Source: an uncultured Chiayiivirga sp. (GTDB taxonomy: Bacteria > Pseudomonadota > Gammaproteobacteria > Xanthomonadales > Xanthomonadaceae). Taken from it: a stretch of 64,000 bases of DNA. A program made the translations under genes and the position numbers. The notes beneath the pieces were generated by a model. It worked only from the letters and a program-made list of their open reading frames with translations, was not told the DNA's origin and made no database searches. The DNA is taken from assembly GCA_965653565.1 (NCBI GenBank), contig CBFHAI010000019.1, positions 6,140-70,139 of the forward strand. The letters run 5' to 3'. How positions within the stretch are numbered: the first letter of the stretch is position 1; the number at the start of each line of letters is the position of its first letter. Below are positions 9,621 to 19,196 of the stretch, in pieces.

Positions 9621-10196
9621 ATGAACGATGCGCAGCTCTTCGCCCTCGGGCTCACACTGGCCTGGCTGGCCGGCGTCCGCGCCTATCTGACCGTGTTCGG
9701 CTTAGGCCTCGCCGGCCTGATGGGCTGGATGGAATTGCCCGCCGCGCTGCAGGTTTGCCAGAACCCGTGGGTGATGGGCACCGCCGCCGTGCTGGCGCTG
9801 GTCGAATTCAGCGCCGACAAGATTCCCGGCGTCGATTCGGGCTGGGACTTGCTGCAGACCGTGCTGCGCATCCCGGTCGGCGCCTTCCTCGCGAGCGCCG
9901 CGCTGGGCGGCCAGGAAGGCGAGCTCAGCCTTGGCTGGGCGGCGGCGGGAGCGGGCGCCGCGCTCGCCAGTCACGCCCTCAAGAGCGGCACGCGCGCCTT
10001 GATCAACACCTCGCCCGAGCCGGTCAGCAATTGGGCCGCCTCGACCACCGAAGATGCGATGACGGTCGGCGCGCTGGCGCTGGTATTCGCGCATCCGTGG
10101 CTGGCGCTGGCCTTCGTGCTCGGCATCAGCGCGCTGGTGTTGGCGATGGCGATCTGGGTCTGGCGACGACTGTTGCGGCGCACCGCAACCGGCTGA
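9621..10196 (+). CDS. DUF4126-family membrane protein
   Basis: LTLAWLAGVRAYLTVFGLGLAG...LVEFSADKIPGVDSGWD is the characteristic DUF4126 N-terminal pattern. Confidence 0.65.
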   Translation: MNDAQLFALGLTLAWLAGVRAYLTVFGLGLAGLMGWMELPAALQVCQNPWVMGTAAVLALVEFSADKIPGVDSGWDLLQTVLRIPVGAFLASAALGGQEGELSLGWAAAGAGAALASHALKSGTRALINTSPEPVSNWAASTTEDAMTVGALALVFAHPWLALAFVLGISALVLAMAIWVWRRLLRRTATG

Positions 10197-10289
10197 AACC
10201 GACCGGCTCGACGTGCGCGGCGCGGGAAAACGCGCTGACAGCTTCACCGACGAAGGTTATAGTTCCATCGACGGGGCAAGAACTTACGC

Positions 10290-12998
10290 ATGCACGCGCA
10301 GGCCGACACACAGCAACGCGCGGAACTACGCCTGGCATTTCTGCGCCACCTGCCCAAGCGGGCGGAGGCGATAGGCCGGCGCGGCCGGCGTTTCTGTCGC
10401 GAAGGCTGGGATATCAACGGCCTGTCGCTGCTGTACGAAGACGTGCAACGGCTGGCCGGCGTCAGCGGCCGCTACGGCGTGCTCGAAGTCAGCGAACAAT
10501 TGCTCGCGCTCGAAAGCGTGCTCGGCGAATTCCTCGAACACGAAACCCTGCCCGACGAAGCCGCCAACGAACGCATCGTCAAACTGCTCGACGAGCTTGC
10601 GCCGCACCTGCCCGACGTGCGCGTGCACGTCGGCGAGCCACCGACCGCCACCGCGCGCTACACCGATTCGCCGCGCGCCGAACTGGCGCCGCCGAACTAC
10701 TGGCGGCGCTGGGTGCCCGATGCCGACGCGCTGCTGGCACCGGATCTGACCGCCGCCAACGACGCCGAAACGCCGATCGGAGCCGAGCCGGCAGCGGCCG
10801 AAGCATCGATCGCAGATAGCGACCACGAGATCTTGCAGCAGGACGATCCGCCGCCGCCGAGCGCCGCCGTACCGGAAACCGCGGCACCGGAAGCCGCGGC
10901 ACCGATCGCACCGCCGACGCCGCGACCGGCGCCGGTCGCGCGGCGTCCGCATCAGCGCCTCTACCACCTCACCGACAGCAGCCCGCTGGCGGTGCTGCTC
11001 GATCAACGCCTCGAGGCGCTCGGCTACGAACTCGAGCTGATCGACAGCAGCCACGAACTGAAGGAAATCCTCACCGCGCTGGCGCCCGACGCGGTGATCG
11101 TCGACGCCGCCTTCCTGCCCGAAATCGAAAGCCTCGGCGCGGTGCTGCGCAGCACGCGCGAACGCAGCGGATCGCGCGTGCGGCTGCTGGCGATTTCCGA
11201 CGAAGACAGCGTGCAGGCGCGTTTGTCGGCGCGCCGCGCCGGCGCCGATTCGCTGCTGATCAAACCGGCCAACGTCGAAGACGTGCTGGCGCGCCTGCAC
11301 GAACTGCTCGCCGGCGGCGCGGCCAGCAGCAACTACCGCATCCTGGTGGTGGAAGACGATCGTTCGCAGGCGCTGTTCGCCGAATCGATTTTGCGCAACG
11401 CCGGCATGGAGGCGCTGGTCGTCACCGACGCGTTCGAAGTGCTCGATGCGATGGATCGCTTCAAGCCCGATCTGGTGCTGATGGACCTGTACATGCCGCA
11501 ATGCGACGGCACCGAGCTCACCGCGCTGATCCGCGAGCGCGAGGAATTCCTCAATACGCCGATCGTGTTCCTGTCGGGCGAGAGCGATCAGGACAAGCAC
11601 TACGAAGCGCTGAGCGTCGGCGGCGACGATTTCCTGTCCAAGCCGATCCGGCCGAAATACCTGATCGCCTCGGTCGACAACCGCGTGCGGCGCGCGCGCG
11701 CGCTGCAGCAGCGCTCGAGCGCACGCAATCCGCGCGACCCGACCACCGGCCTGTACCATCGCTCGTATCTGCTCGATCGGCTCAACGAAATCCTCGGCGG
11801 CGACGCGGTGCGCGATCGCGTCGGCGGCCTGCTGTTCCTCGAGATCGACGGTGTGGCCACGCTGCGCGAACGTCTCGGGCTGTCGGGCCTCGAACAATTG
11901 CTGAGCGAAGCCGCCGAATACCTGGTGCGGCAACTCGATCCGCACCAGATCGCCTCGCGCTACAGCGACGGCTGCATCGTCGTGATGGATCCCGAACGCG
12001 ATGACGCCGGCCTCGAATCGCGCGCCATCGAACTGCGCGCGCGGCTCGCCACGCAGGCTTTCACGGTCGCGGACAAACCGCTGCGCATCCGCGTGTCGGT
12101 GGGTGTGTGCGGCTTCCGCCACGGCTTCGCCGATGCCGGCGCGCTGCTCAACGCGGCCGAACGCGCGAGCCGCGAAGCGCGCGGGCTCGATCGCGGCGTG
12201 CATCGTTTCGAACCGCCGCGCCGCGCCGAAGACGAACAGGCCGCGGCACTGCTCACCTCGATGAAATCGGCGATCGAGCAGGATTCGTTCGAATTGCTCT
12301 ACCAGCCGATCGTCGCGCTGCAGGGCGGCGAGGAAGCGCAGTATCAGACGCTACTGCGGCTGCGCGACGATATGGGCCGCCTGCACACGGCTGCGGCGAT
12401 CGTGCCGCTGGCGGTGCGCAACGGGCTGATCCTCGACATCGATCGCTGGGTGCTGACGCAGACCTTGCGCGTGATCGACGAGCGGCGCGACGACCTGCGC
12501 CCGGTGAAACTGTTCGTCAGCCAGTGCGCCGCCAGCATGGTGGTGCCGGGCCAGGCGGCGTGGCTCGCCTCGCAGCTGCAGGCGCGCCGCATCGAAGGCA
12601 ACGCGCTGGTGATCGAACTGTCGCTCGATGATGTGAACGAGCCCATCGAGGCCGTCACGGAATTCTGCACCACGCTGGTCCGCGTCGGCGTGCACTTCTG
12701 CCTGAGTCGCTTCGAGCGCGGCCTGGAAGGCGACTCGGTGCTCGAACAACTGCCGGTCGACTTCATCAAGCTGGCGCCGAAATATCTCGCCGCCAGCGCC
12801 ACGCCCGGCCTGCGCGACGAATTGCGCGTGATCGTCGAGCGCGCCCACCGGCGCGGCCTGGCGGTGATCGCGCCGCGCGTGGAAGATGCGCAATCGGCCG
12901 CTACGCTGTGGATGAGCGGCATCGACTACATCCAGGGCAACCTGGTCCAGCTCGCCACCCGCGAGCTCGATTTCGACTTCAAGGCGGCGGTGCTCTAG
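10290..12998 (+). CDS. multidomain response regulator: Hpt-like N-terminus, degenerate receiver region, canonical REC, degenerate GGDEF, EAL
   Basis: REC domain: RILVVEDDRSQ...DLVLMDLYMPQCDGTEL...FLSKP. GGDEF-type domain with the motif replaced (SRYSDGCIVVM). EAL domain: FELLYQPIV...DRWV...FIKLAP. Confidence 0.8.
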   Translation: MHAQADTQQRAELRLAFLRHLPKRAEAIGRRGRRFCREGWDINGLSLLYEDVQRLAGVSGRYGVLEVSEQLLALESVLGEFLEHETLPDEAANERIVKLLDELAPHLPDVRVHVGEPPTATARYTDSPRAELAPPNYWRRWVPDADALLAPDLTAANDAETPIGAEPAAAEASIADSDHEILQQDDPPPPSAAVPETAAPEAAAPIAPPTPRPAPVARRPHQRLYHLTDSSPLAVLLDQRLEALGYELELIDSSHELKEILTALAPDAVIVDAAFLPEIESLGAVLRSTRERSGSRVRLLAISDEDSVQARLSARRAGADSLLIKPANVEDVLARLHELLAGGAASSNYRILVVEDDRSQALFAESILRNAGMEALVVTDAFEVLDAMDRFKPDLVLMDLYMPQCDGTELTALIREREEFLNTPIVFLSGESDQDKHYEALSVGGDDFLSKPIRPKYLIASVDNRVRRARALQQRSSARNPRDPTTGLYHRSYLLDRLNEILGGDAVRDRVGGLLFLEIDGVATLRERLGLSGLEQLLSEAAEYLVRQLDPHQIASRYSDGCIVVMDPERDDAGLESRAIELRARLATQAFTVADKPLRIRVSVGVCGFRHGFADAGALLNAAERASREARGLDRGVHRFEPPRRAEDEQAAALLTSMKSAIEQDSFELLYQPIVALQGGEEAQYQTLLRLRDDMGRLHTAAAIVPLAVRNGLILDIDRWVLTQTLRVIDERRDDLRPVKLFVSQCAASMVVPGQAAWLASQLQARRIEGNALVIELSLDDVNEPIEAVTEFCTTLVRVGVHFCLSRFERGLEGDSVLEQLPVDFIKLAPKYLAASATPGLRDELRVIVERAHRRGLAVIAPRVEDAQSAATLWMSGIDYIQGNLVQLATRELDFDFKAAVL

Positions 12999-15562
12999 TG
13001 ACGGCGGACGACAGCACTTCCTCGCGCTGGCCGCGAAACCTCGCGGTGCTCGGCGCGTTCGTCGCGCTGGCCGCCGCCGGCCTGCAACTTTATGGCGCCG
13101 ATGGGCCGTGGGCGATGATCTGCGCCGGCGCGGCCGGCATCGCGCTGATCGGCAGCCTGTGGCCGAATCCGCATGCCGACAAATCGAACGATCGCGCGCA
13201 TCGGCCGGCAGCCGGCGAGAGTTACCAGCAGCTGGTCGCCGAAATCGAAAAGCACAAGCAGCTCGAACGCGAACTGATCACCGCCAAGCAGGCGGCGGAA
13301 GCGGCGACCATGTCGAAGGGCGAGTTCCTCGCCACCATGAGCCACGAAATCCGCACGCCGCTCAACGGCATCATCCCGCTGCTCGATATTCTTCTGTCCG
13401 CGCCGCTGGCGCCGGATCATCGCGAATACGTGCAGACCGCGTTCGGCTCGGCCAAGCAGCTGTTGCGCATCGTCGACGACATCCTCGACTACTCGAAACT
13501 CGAAGCCAACAAACTCGAACTCGAAAGCGTCGGCCTGAATCTCAAGGACGTGCTCGAAGGCGTGCAGCGCCTGATGGACAAATCGGCCGAGAGCAAGAAT
13601 CTGCGGCTGAGCTTGAACATCGATCCGGGCGTGCGGCTGGCCGTGCGCGGTGATCCGGTGCGGCTGCGCCAGATCCTCACCAACCTGCTGAGCAACGCGA
13701 TCAAGTTCACCGAACGCGGCAGCGTGACTTTGAACGTGACACGTCGCGGTGAAACGCGCACGCAGCACGAGATGCGATTCGAGGTGAAGGACACCGGCGT
13801 CGGCATCGCGCCGGACGTGGCGGAGAAACTGTTCCAGCCGTTTTCGCAGGCCGATGCGTCGACCACGCGCACCTACGGCGGCACCGGCCTGGGCCTGGTC
13901 ATCTGCAAACGCATCGTCGACCTGATGGGCGGCCAGATCGGCGTCGAATCGCAGCCGGGGCGCGGCTCATTGTTCTGGTTCCAGGTGCCGATGCTCAAGG
14001 CGCACGGCGACATCGGCGCGCGCCGGCGCGAACTCAATGGCGCGCGCGTGCTCGTCGTCACTTCCAATCCGTCGCAGCAGCGCCGCCTGGCGCATGCGCT
14101 GCCGGCCTGGGGCGCGATGGCGGTGAACGCCGCCAACACGCAGGAAGCGCTCGCCAAGCTGCGCGCCGCGGCCGGCCGCAGCAGCAGCTGGTCGTTCGAC
14201 ATGATGCTGGTCGATGCCGGCGCCATTCCCACCACCCTGCTCGCCCTGCATCGCAGCGTGCTGCGCGAGAACGCACTGGAGGATCTGCAGATCGTGTACC
14301 TGCGAGGCGATGAAGACGTACCGGGCGAAATCGTCGAAGGCGAGCGCGTGCGCATCGTGCCGCGCGACGCCGGCGACGTCGAACTGCGGCAACAACTCTC
14401 GCGCATGCTCGAAAGCGACGGCCGCAGCGGCGTCGTACCGAGCGCGCCGAGCGTGACGGTGATCGCGCCGGCGGCCAACGCGCGCGTCTCGGCGCTCGCC
14501 CCCGACGCGCCGCTGCGCGGACATGTGCTGCTGGTCGAAGACAACCCGGTCAATCGCCAGGTGGCGCAGCGATTGCTCGCGCTGGCCGGCCTCACGCTCG
14601 ACTCGGCCGAGAACGGCCGCGAAGCCCTCGACCGCCTGAATGCCGGCGCCTACGACGCCGTGCTGATGGATTGCCAGATGCCGGTGATGGACGGCTACAC
14701 CGCGACGCGCCAGCGGCGCGCGCAGGAAGCCGAGCAAGGCCTGGAGCCGGTGCCGATCATCGCGATGACGGCCAACGCGATGGTCGGCGATCGCGAGAAA
14801 TGCCTGTCGGTGGGGATGGACGATTATCTGAGCAAGCCGCTCAACCGCGCGCTGCTGGAAGAAACGCTGCGGCGCTGGATGCCGGCGATTCCGGCCGCGG
14901 AAAAAACCGCACAGGCCGTGCCCGCGATACCGGCGCGCGCCGAACCGATGCGTGCCGAGCTGGCGGCGACGGCGTCTGCCGGCGGAGCGGCGCGAGCACC
15001 GGGCTTCGCGTCGCCTGCGGTACCGCCTGCGCCGGTGCGCGCCGCGTCGCGCGAAACGCCGCCGCGGGAAGCGATACCGCGTGAAACGGCATCGCGCGAA
15101 GAGATCACGCTGCCGCGCTTCGCATCGATTCCGGTCGCGCGTCCGGCAGTGCCGCCGGTGACTGCGGCACCGCCTGCGCCGGTCCCTCCGGTCGCTCCTG
15201 CGCCGCGCGCCGAGCCGGTGTCGGCGGCGCCGGTGCTCAATCGCGAGATCGTCGACGATCTGCGCGAAATCATGGGCGAGGAATTCGTCGCGCTGGTGAA
15301 AGTGTTCCTCGAAGACGCGCCGCACGCGCTCGAAAAACTCGAAGCGGCCGCCGCCCGGCACGACGTCGATGCCCTGGTCGGTCCGGCGCATTCGCTCAAG
15401 TCGACCAGCGCCAATCTCGGCGCGCTGGCCCTGTCGGACCTCGCGCGCACCATCGAACATGGCGCGCGCCAGCGCACGCTGGCCGATCCGCAAGGCACCG
15501 TGGCGGCGCTGGTCCGCGAGTTCCGCCGCGTCGATACCGCGTTGCGCGGTTTCCTGGGCTGA
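12998..15562 (+). CDS. hybrid sensor histidine kinase/response regulator with C-terminal Hpt domain
   Basis: The GTG at 12998 overlaps the upstream TAG (TAGTG). HisKA FLATMSHEIRTPLNGI, HATPase GGTGLGLVICKRIV, REC VLLVEDNPVNRQ...VLMDCQMPVMDGY, Hpt HSLKSTSANLGA. The track ORF start at 12908 lies inside the upstream gene. Confidence 0.8.
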   Translation: MTADDSTSSRWPRNLAVLGAFVALAAAGLQLYGADGPWAMICAGAAGIALIGSLWPNPHADKSNDRAHRPAAGESYQQLVAEIEKHKQLERELITAKQAAEAATMSKGEFLATMSHEIRTPLNGIIPLLDILLSAPLAPDHREYVQTAFGSAKQLLRIVDDILDYSKLEANKLELESVGLNLKDVLEGVQRLMDKSAESKNLRLSLNIDPGVRLAVRGDPVRLRQILTNLLSNAIKFTERGSVTLNVTRRGETRTQHEMRFEVKDTGVGIAPDVAEKLFQPFSQADASTTRTYGGTGLGLVICKRIVDLMGGQIGVESQPGRGSLFWFQVPMLKAHGDIGARRRELNGARVLVVTSNPSQQRRLAHALPAWGAMAVNAANTQEALAKLRAAAGRSSSWSFDMMLVDAGAIPTTLLALHRSVLRENALEDLQIVYLRGDEDVPGEIVEGERVRIVPRDAGDVELRQQLSRMLESDGRSGVVPSAPSVTVIAPAANARVSALAPDAPLRGHVLLVEDNPVNRQVAQRLLALAGLTLDSAENGREALDRLNAGAYDAVLMDCQMPVMDGYTATRQRRAQEAEQGLEPVPIIAMTANAMVGDREKCLSVGMDDYLSKPLNRALLEETLRRWMPAIPAAEKTAQAVPAIPARAEPMRAELAATASAGGAARAPGFASPAVPPAPVRAASRETPPREAIPRETASREEITLPRFASIPVARPAVPPVTAAPPAPVPPVAPAPRAEPVSAAPVLNREIVDDLREIMGEEFVALVKVFLEDAPHALEKLEAAAARHDVDALVGPAHSLKSTSANLGALALSDLARTIEHGARQRTLADPQGTVAALVREFRRVDTALRGFLG

Positions 15563-15581
15563 AAGCGGCGTCATCGGGCAG

Positions 15582-15617
15582 AAAAAAAACGCCGCGAAAT
15601 TCGCGGCGTTTTCGTTT
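15582..15617. terminator. bidirectional rho-independent terminator between the convergent kinase and bfr genes
   Basis: A-run (15582-15589), then a 9-bp stem (acgccgcga 15589-15597 pairs with tcgcggcgt 15601-15609) with a 3-nt loop, then ttttcgttt. Confidence 0.7.
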
Positions 15618-15650
15618 CAGCGGAAGATTTTCAGCAAGCGATGAAATGAC

Positions 15651-16130
15651 TCAGGATTTGTGGCCGCCGATCTTGGTCTGCAGATAGTTCTGCAAGCCCA
15701 GGCGCTCGATCAGGCCGAGCTGCGTTTCGAGCCAGTCGATGTGTTCCTCTTCCGACTCGAGGATGTCTTCGAACAATTCGCGCGAGACATAATCGCCGCA
15801 TTGTTCGCTGTAGGCGATCGCCGCCTTCAGATCCGGCACCGCCAGATACTCGAGCCGCAGATCGCACTCGAGTGCGTCCATCGGGTTTTCGCCGATGAAC
15901 AGCTTGCCGAGGTTCTGGAGATTCGGCAGGCCGTCGAGGAACAGAATACGTTCGATCAGCTTGTCGGCGTGCTTCATCTCGTCGATCGACTCGTGATACT
16001 CGTGGTCGGCGAGATCCTTCAGGCCCCAGTTCTTGAACATGCGGGCGTGCAGGAAATACTGATTGATCGCGATGAGCTCGTTGTAGAGCGCCTTGTTGAG
16101 ATGTTCGATGACTTTGGGATCGCCTTTCAT
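15651..16130 (-). CDS. bfr: bacterioferritin
   Basis: [37 protein letters not shown]...[12 protein letters not shown] is the classic Bfr sequence. Confidence 0.95.
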   Translation of the reverse strand: MKGDPKVIEHLNKALYNELIAINQYFLHARMFKNWGLKDLADHEYHESIDEMKHADKLIERILFLDGLPNLQNLGKLFIGENPMDALECDLRLEYLAVPDLKAAIAYSEQCGDYVSRELFEDILESEEEHIDWLETQLGLIERLGLQNYLQTKIGGHKS

Positions 16131-16245
16131 GGCGTTGGCTCCGAAACGAATTCCAACGTCAATCTAGCGAAATCGCGTTGCCGATGCGGTAACGAAAATC
16201 GCCCGCATCTTGGCGGGCGATCGGAGGCTACGAGGCCCGGCGAAC

Positions 16246-16449
16246 TCAGGCGGCGACGGGATACATCGCGAGCGGGAACGGTTGCGCGCGGCGCGCCTCG
16301 TGCAGCACTTGCAAGGCGACATCGGCGCAACTGCCGCAGGTCGATGCGCAACCGGTCATGGCGCGCAGGTCGGCCAAATCCTGGGCGCCGGCATCGGCCG
16401 CCGCGCGCACGGCGCGTTCGGTGATTCCATTGCAAAGGCAGACGTACAT
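16246..16449 (-). CDS. bfd: bacterioferritin-associated ferredoxin (2Fe-2S)
   Basis: A 67-aa product MYVCLCNGITERAV...MTGCASTCGSC with the Bfd C-x-C...C-x2-C pattern. The ATG at 16449 was checked in the sequence. The 123-aa track ORF over-extends upstream. Confidence 0.85.
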   Translation of the reverse strand: MYVCLCNGITERAVRAAADAGAQDLADLRAMTGCASTCGSCADVALQVLHEARRAQPFPLAMYPVAA

Positions 16450-16493
16450 GCGAGGCGGCATCCGGCAGTTCCGACGGAAGCTATTCCACGCCA

Positions 16494-16512
16494 GATGCGA
16501 ATGATTGTCAAC
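16494..16512 (-). promoter_or_regulatory. Fur-box-like sequence overlapping a TTGACA -35 element upstream of bfd
   Basis: The minus strand reads GTTGACAATCATTCGCATC. The core TGACAATCATTCGC matches the Fur-box core TGATAATCATTATC at 11 of 14 positions. It lies about 45-60 nt upstream of the bfd ATG and overlaps the rppH stop codon. Confidence 0.4.
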
Positions 16513-17095
16513 TAGCCTTGGCTGAATGCCCGCGCCCGCCGACGAATCGCTTGACCCCGTCGCGCCGGTCGCGCTCGTCCAGCGGCGGCGGGGCGCGGTT
16601 GAGGATCGCCGCGCCATCGGCCACCGAATGCGCCTTGTGGGCCAGATGGTGCAGTGCCTGGGCGTAAACGCGGCGCTTGAAGTTGACCACGTGCTCGAGC
16701 GGATACCAGAAATCGACCCAGCGCCACTGATCGAACTCGGGTTTGTCGGTCAGATCCAGCCGCACCTCGTGCTCGGCGCCGACCAGGCGCAGCAGGAACC
16801 ACACCTGCTTTTGCCCGATGCAGATCGGCCGCTCGCCGACCCGCACGCAGCGGCGCGGCAGGCGATAGCGCAGCCAGCCCGGCGTGGCGTCGAGCACATC
16901 GACGTGCCCGGGCGACAGACCGGTTTCCTCGTGCAGCTCGCGGTACATCGCCTCGAGCGGCGTCTCATCGGTGTTCATCCCGCCCTGCGGGAACTGCCAG
17001 CCGTCGCGCGACGCGCGACGCGCCCAGAACACACGACCGTCCCCGTGCATGAGCACGATGCCGACGTTGGGCCGGTAACCGTCCGGATCGATCAC
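16508..17095 (-). CDS. rppH: RNA pyrophosphohydrolase RppH (NudH)
   Basis: A GTG start gives [15 protein letters not shown]. Nudix box [23 protein letters not shown]. The track ORF start at 17203 adds 36 non-conserved residues. Confidence 0.85.
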   Translation of the reverse strand: MIDPDGYRPNVGIVLMHGDGRVFWARRASRDGWQFPQGGMNTDETPLEAMYRELHEETGLSPGHVDVLDATPGWLRYRLPRRCVRVGERPICIGQKQVWFLLRLVGAEHEVRLDLTDKPEFDQWRWVDFWYPLEHVVNFKRRVYAQALHHLAHKAHSVADGAAILNRAPPPLDERDRRDGVKRFVGGRGHSAKAS

Positions 17096-17226
17096 GGGAC
17101 GGACTCCAAAACGTATCTGTCCCGACAATGCCACAGCGGCGCGCGCACCCACAAGCCGAATCGCATCCGGCACCGCGCCGCAAACGCCCGACTCGAAGCG
17201 CAACGCCCAACTCGAAACCCGCGCGG

Positions 17227-17255
17227 TTGACGCTCGATGAACCGGGATGGATAAT
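17227..17255 (+). promoter_or_regulatory. sigma70-type promoter of tRNA-Met
   Basis: TTGACG (17227-17232), an exactly 17-nt spacer, then GATAAT (17250-17255), followed by a GC-rich discriminator about 30 nt upstream of the tRNA 5' end. Confidence 0.6.
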
Positions 17256-17286
17256 TCGCGCCCCCGTCGCCCGGCGGGGCCCGCGT

Positions 17287-17363
17287 GGCTATGTAGCTCA
17301 GCCGGTTAGAGCACGGCACTCATAATGCCGGGGTCGGTGGTTCGAGCCCACCCATAGCCACCA
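17287..17363 (+). tRNA. tRNA-Met (CAT anticodon, elongator type; a lysidine-modified tRNA-Ile2 cannot be excluded)
   Basis: Cloverleaf read by eye: acceptor stem GGCTATG/CATAGCC, D arm GCTCAGCCGGTTAGAGC, anticodon stem CGGCA/TGCCG with loop CTCATAA, T arm GGTGGTTCGAGCCCACC, then an encoded ACCA. It is very similar to E. coli elongator tRNA-Met. Confidence 0.9.
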
Positions 17364-17678
17364 CGCTTCGAAACCTCTTTGACTGTCAGCCAGTTAGCTT
17401 TTGTGGCGAGAGCCAATTCGGTAGAGGTTCGGTACGACTCATCACGCGCAATGCGTGTGCGATTGCCGGTTTCGTGTTCTTCTGCCTTACTTCCTTCGCT
17501 ACATCCTCTGCACACGCAAGGGCATCTGCAGCTGGGGGCACCGAGTGCCGTTCCCGCAACGCGCGCCTCCTGCACACGCTGGCAGTAAGGCGAATTGAAT
17601 CGGCCGTCGACAAGCCTTCGCTCGTCGATGATCGCAATGGCTCGACTCTTTCGGCCAACTCGGGCTTAAACTTCGGTC

Positions 17679-18390
17679 ATGTTTGAGACCAGTACTTACA
17701 ACGACCCAGGCGTCCTGGACCCGGCCATTCGGAACCGCTGGGAGTTCATGGAGACAAGCTCGGCCTCGGCGGTGTTGCGATCCGTTTGCCCCGAGGAGTG
17801 GGACGACATCACTCACGTCTTACGCAACTTCTCCCTGGATCCGGCGCAATGGCTAAAGAAGGGAGGCAACCGGGGGACATCGCGAAGTTCATCGACGACA
17901 TGTTCAATGCGCGAGGTTGGCGTGAAACAAGAGTCGACTTACAGACAGAGGGCATTCTCTATTCAAAGGCCAACCTCGAAGTGGGGCGACTCCCTGTAGT
18001 CAAACAGGAGGGCTACTTGGTAGACAACTTCAAGGGGCGAGTTGCCCTTGATGTGAGTGGAACGCGAAAGACGGAAATCTAGATCGCGACCTTTGCGCGT
18101 ATCGCGCCTGGCATGAAGCCGGCGTCATCTCCGCTGTCGTATTGATAACTCAAGACAGACTTCCGATGAAGGCGTTGGCTGACAGGCTATGGCGTAACTA
18201 CCTCGGCACGTTGCCAGATGATCAGCGGAACCAGCGGTTACCGATTGATCTTTCGACCTCCACCACTACGAGTTTGGAGAAAGCTGCTCTCCGGGTTCGT
18301 CGAGGAATCATGGGAACTTGTCCGCTACTTGTTGTGGCAGTAACCGAAGCGACTTGGAATGGAATGCCGTATACCGCTCCCGTCGTCTAG
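17679..18390 (+). pseudogene. type II restriction endonuclease (BamHI/BglII-like PD-(D/E)xK family), disrupted by at least two frameshifts
   Basis: Three consecutive ORF pieces in frames 0, 2 and 1 join into one coherent protein: ...DPAQWLKKGGNRG / DIAKFIDDMFNARGWRE...GYLVDNFKGRVALD / EWNAKDGNLDRDLCAYRAWHEAGVISAVVLITQDR... Confidence 0.6.
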
Positions 18391-19196
18391 TCGCGTACGG
18401 CGTGCCGTCCGCGTGGCCGCAGTGGAGTGTTAGCCGACTTGAGCAAAGCGCGTACTCGCTGGATGGAGTAACCAGTGCCATCGGCGAGCTGACGGACGCT
18501 ACTGCCTTCGAGATATTGCTTGCCCAGCTCCATCCCCAACACATTCGCGCGAGACGCCTGTAAGTGTTCATTCGGTCGCAGAGGCGGGAGCATGGACCCG
18601 CCCTCGTAGCCTTTATGGACGGCTCCTTGAGGAATCACATCATCAGCTGATTCGTCGCCCCACACCGTCCATCCTGGACGCCTGTGCCTGGCAAACATCT
18701 CAAGGTACGCGCCAGGGGAACACGACTGAATGAGATCGTACTGTTCGTCCGGCTTACGCGAATGCTCTCGCTTGCGAGTCTCGATCATGTTGACCTGCGA
18801 GCGTCCGGGCGGAAGGGTTCGCATGGACCCACGCACTCCGAAAAGTAGAAGCTCTGTCATGTTTCTAAAGTAGAACCCCCCTCCTCGGCCATCAGGCCCG
18901 CCGTCCTTGCGTCGCTTTGCCCCCACGACGTTGCTTACATAGCGGAAACCCCGAGCACTCATCACATCGAGACCGTCGGGGAGCAGTGCGTTGGGAACCC
19001 ACAGATAGAGGTGAGCATTGCGCGACGCGGCATCGCGTACCGGCAAAGCCTTAATCGCCTCAAGAGGCATGGTCGAGTAACGGTCCAATCGCCGGTGCTC
19101 GGGGGCGACCTTTCCCGTCCTGTTGGCAAATCGCCAAGGCGGGTCCGCAAGGACTGTCGCGAACCCTCGGCGGCGACAGCTTGGTTTACGCCTGTC
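18387..19196 (-). pseudogene. MT-A70-family N6-adenine DNA methyltransferase with C-terminal HTH; 5' end apparently frameshifted
   Basis: My translation upstream of the annotated TTG start (19088) gives FATVLADPPWRFANRTGKVAPEHRRLDRYSTMPLEAIKALP. The catalytic DPPW (19145-19134) therefore lies in an open frame that has no ATG, GTG or TTG back to the stop at 19199-19197. An ATG at 19200 sits in another frame. Confidence 0.55.

Noticed and set aside
8312-9655. 447-aa ORF spanning bactofilin and the upstream gene in one frame
   Set aside because: Only the last 150 codons (from ATG 8764) are bactofilin-like. The upstream part is Arg/Pro-rich nonsense overlapping the real 8764-9510 gene in another frame.
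10326-12203. 625-aa antisense ORF opposite the REC-GGDEF-EAL gene, and the 535-aa antisense ORF at 13967-15574 opposite the hybrid kinase
   Set aside because: No domain motifs and extreme R/A/H/Q bias. The sense strands carry unambiguous signalling domains.
12908-12997. Upstream extension of the hybrid kinase ORF (start at 12908)
   Set aside because: It lies wholly inside the 3' end of the EAL gene in another frame. The GTG at 12998 gives stop/start coupling and a sensible N-terminus preceding the TM segments.
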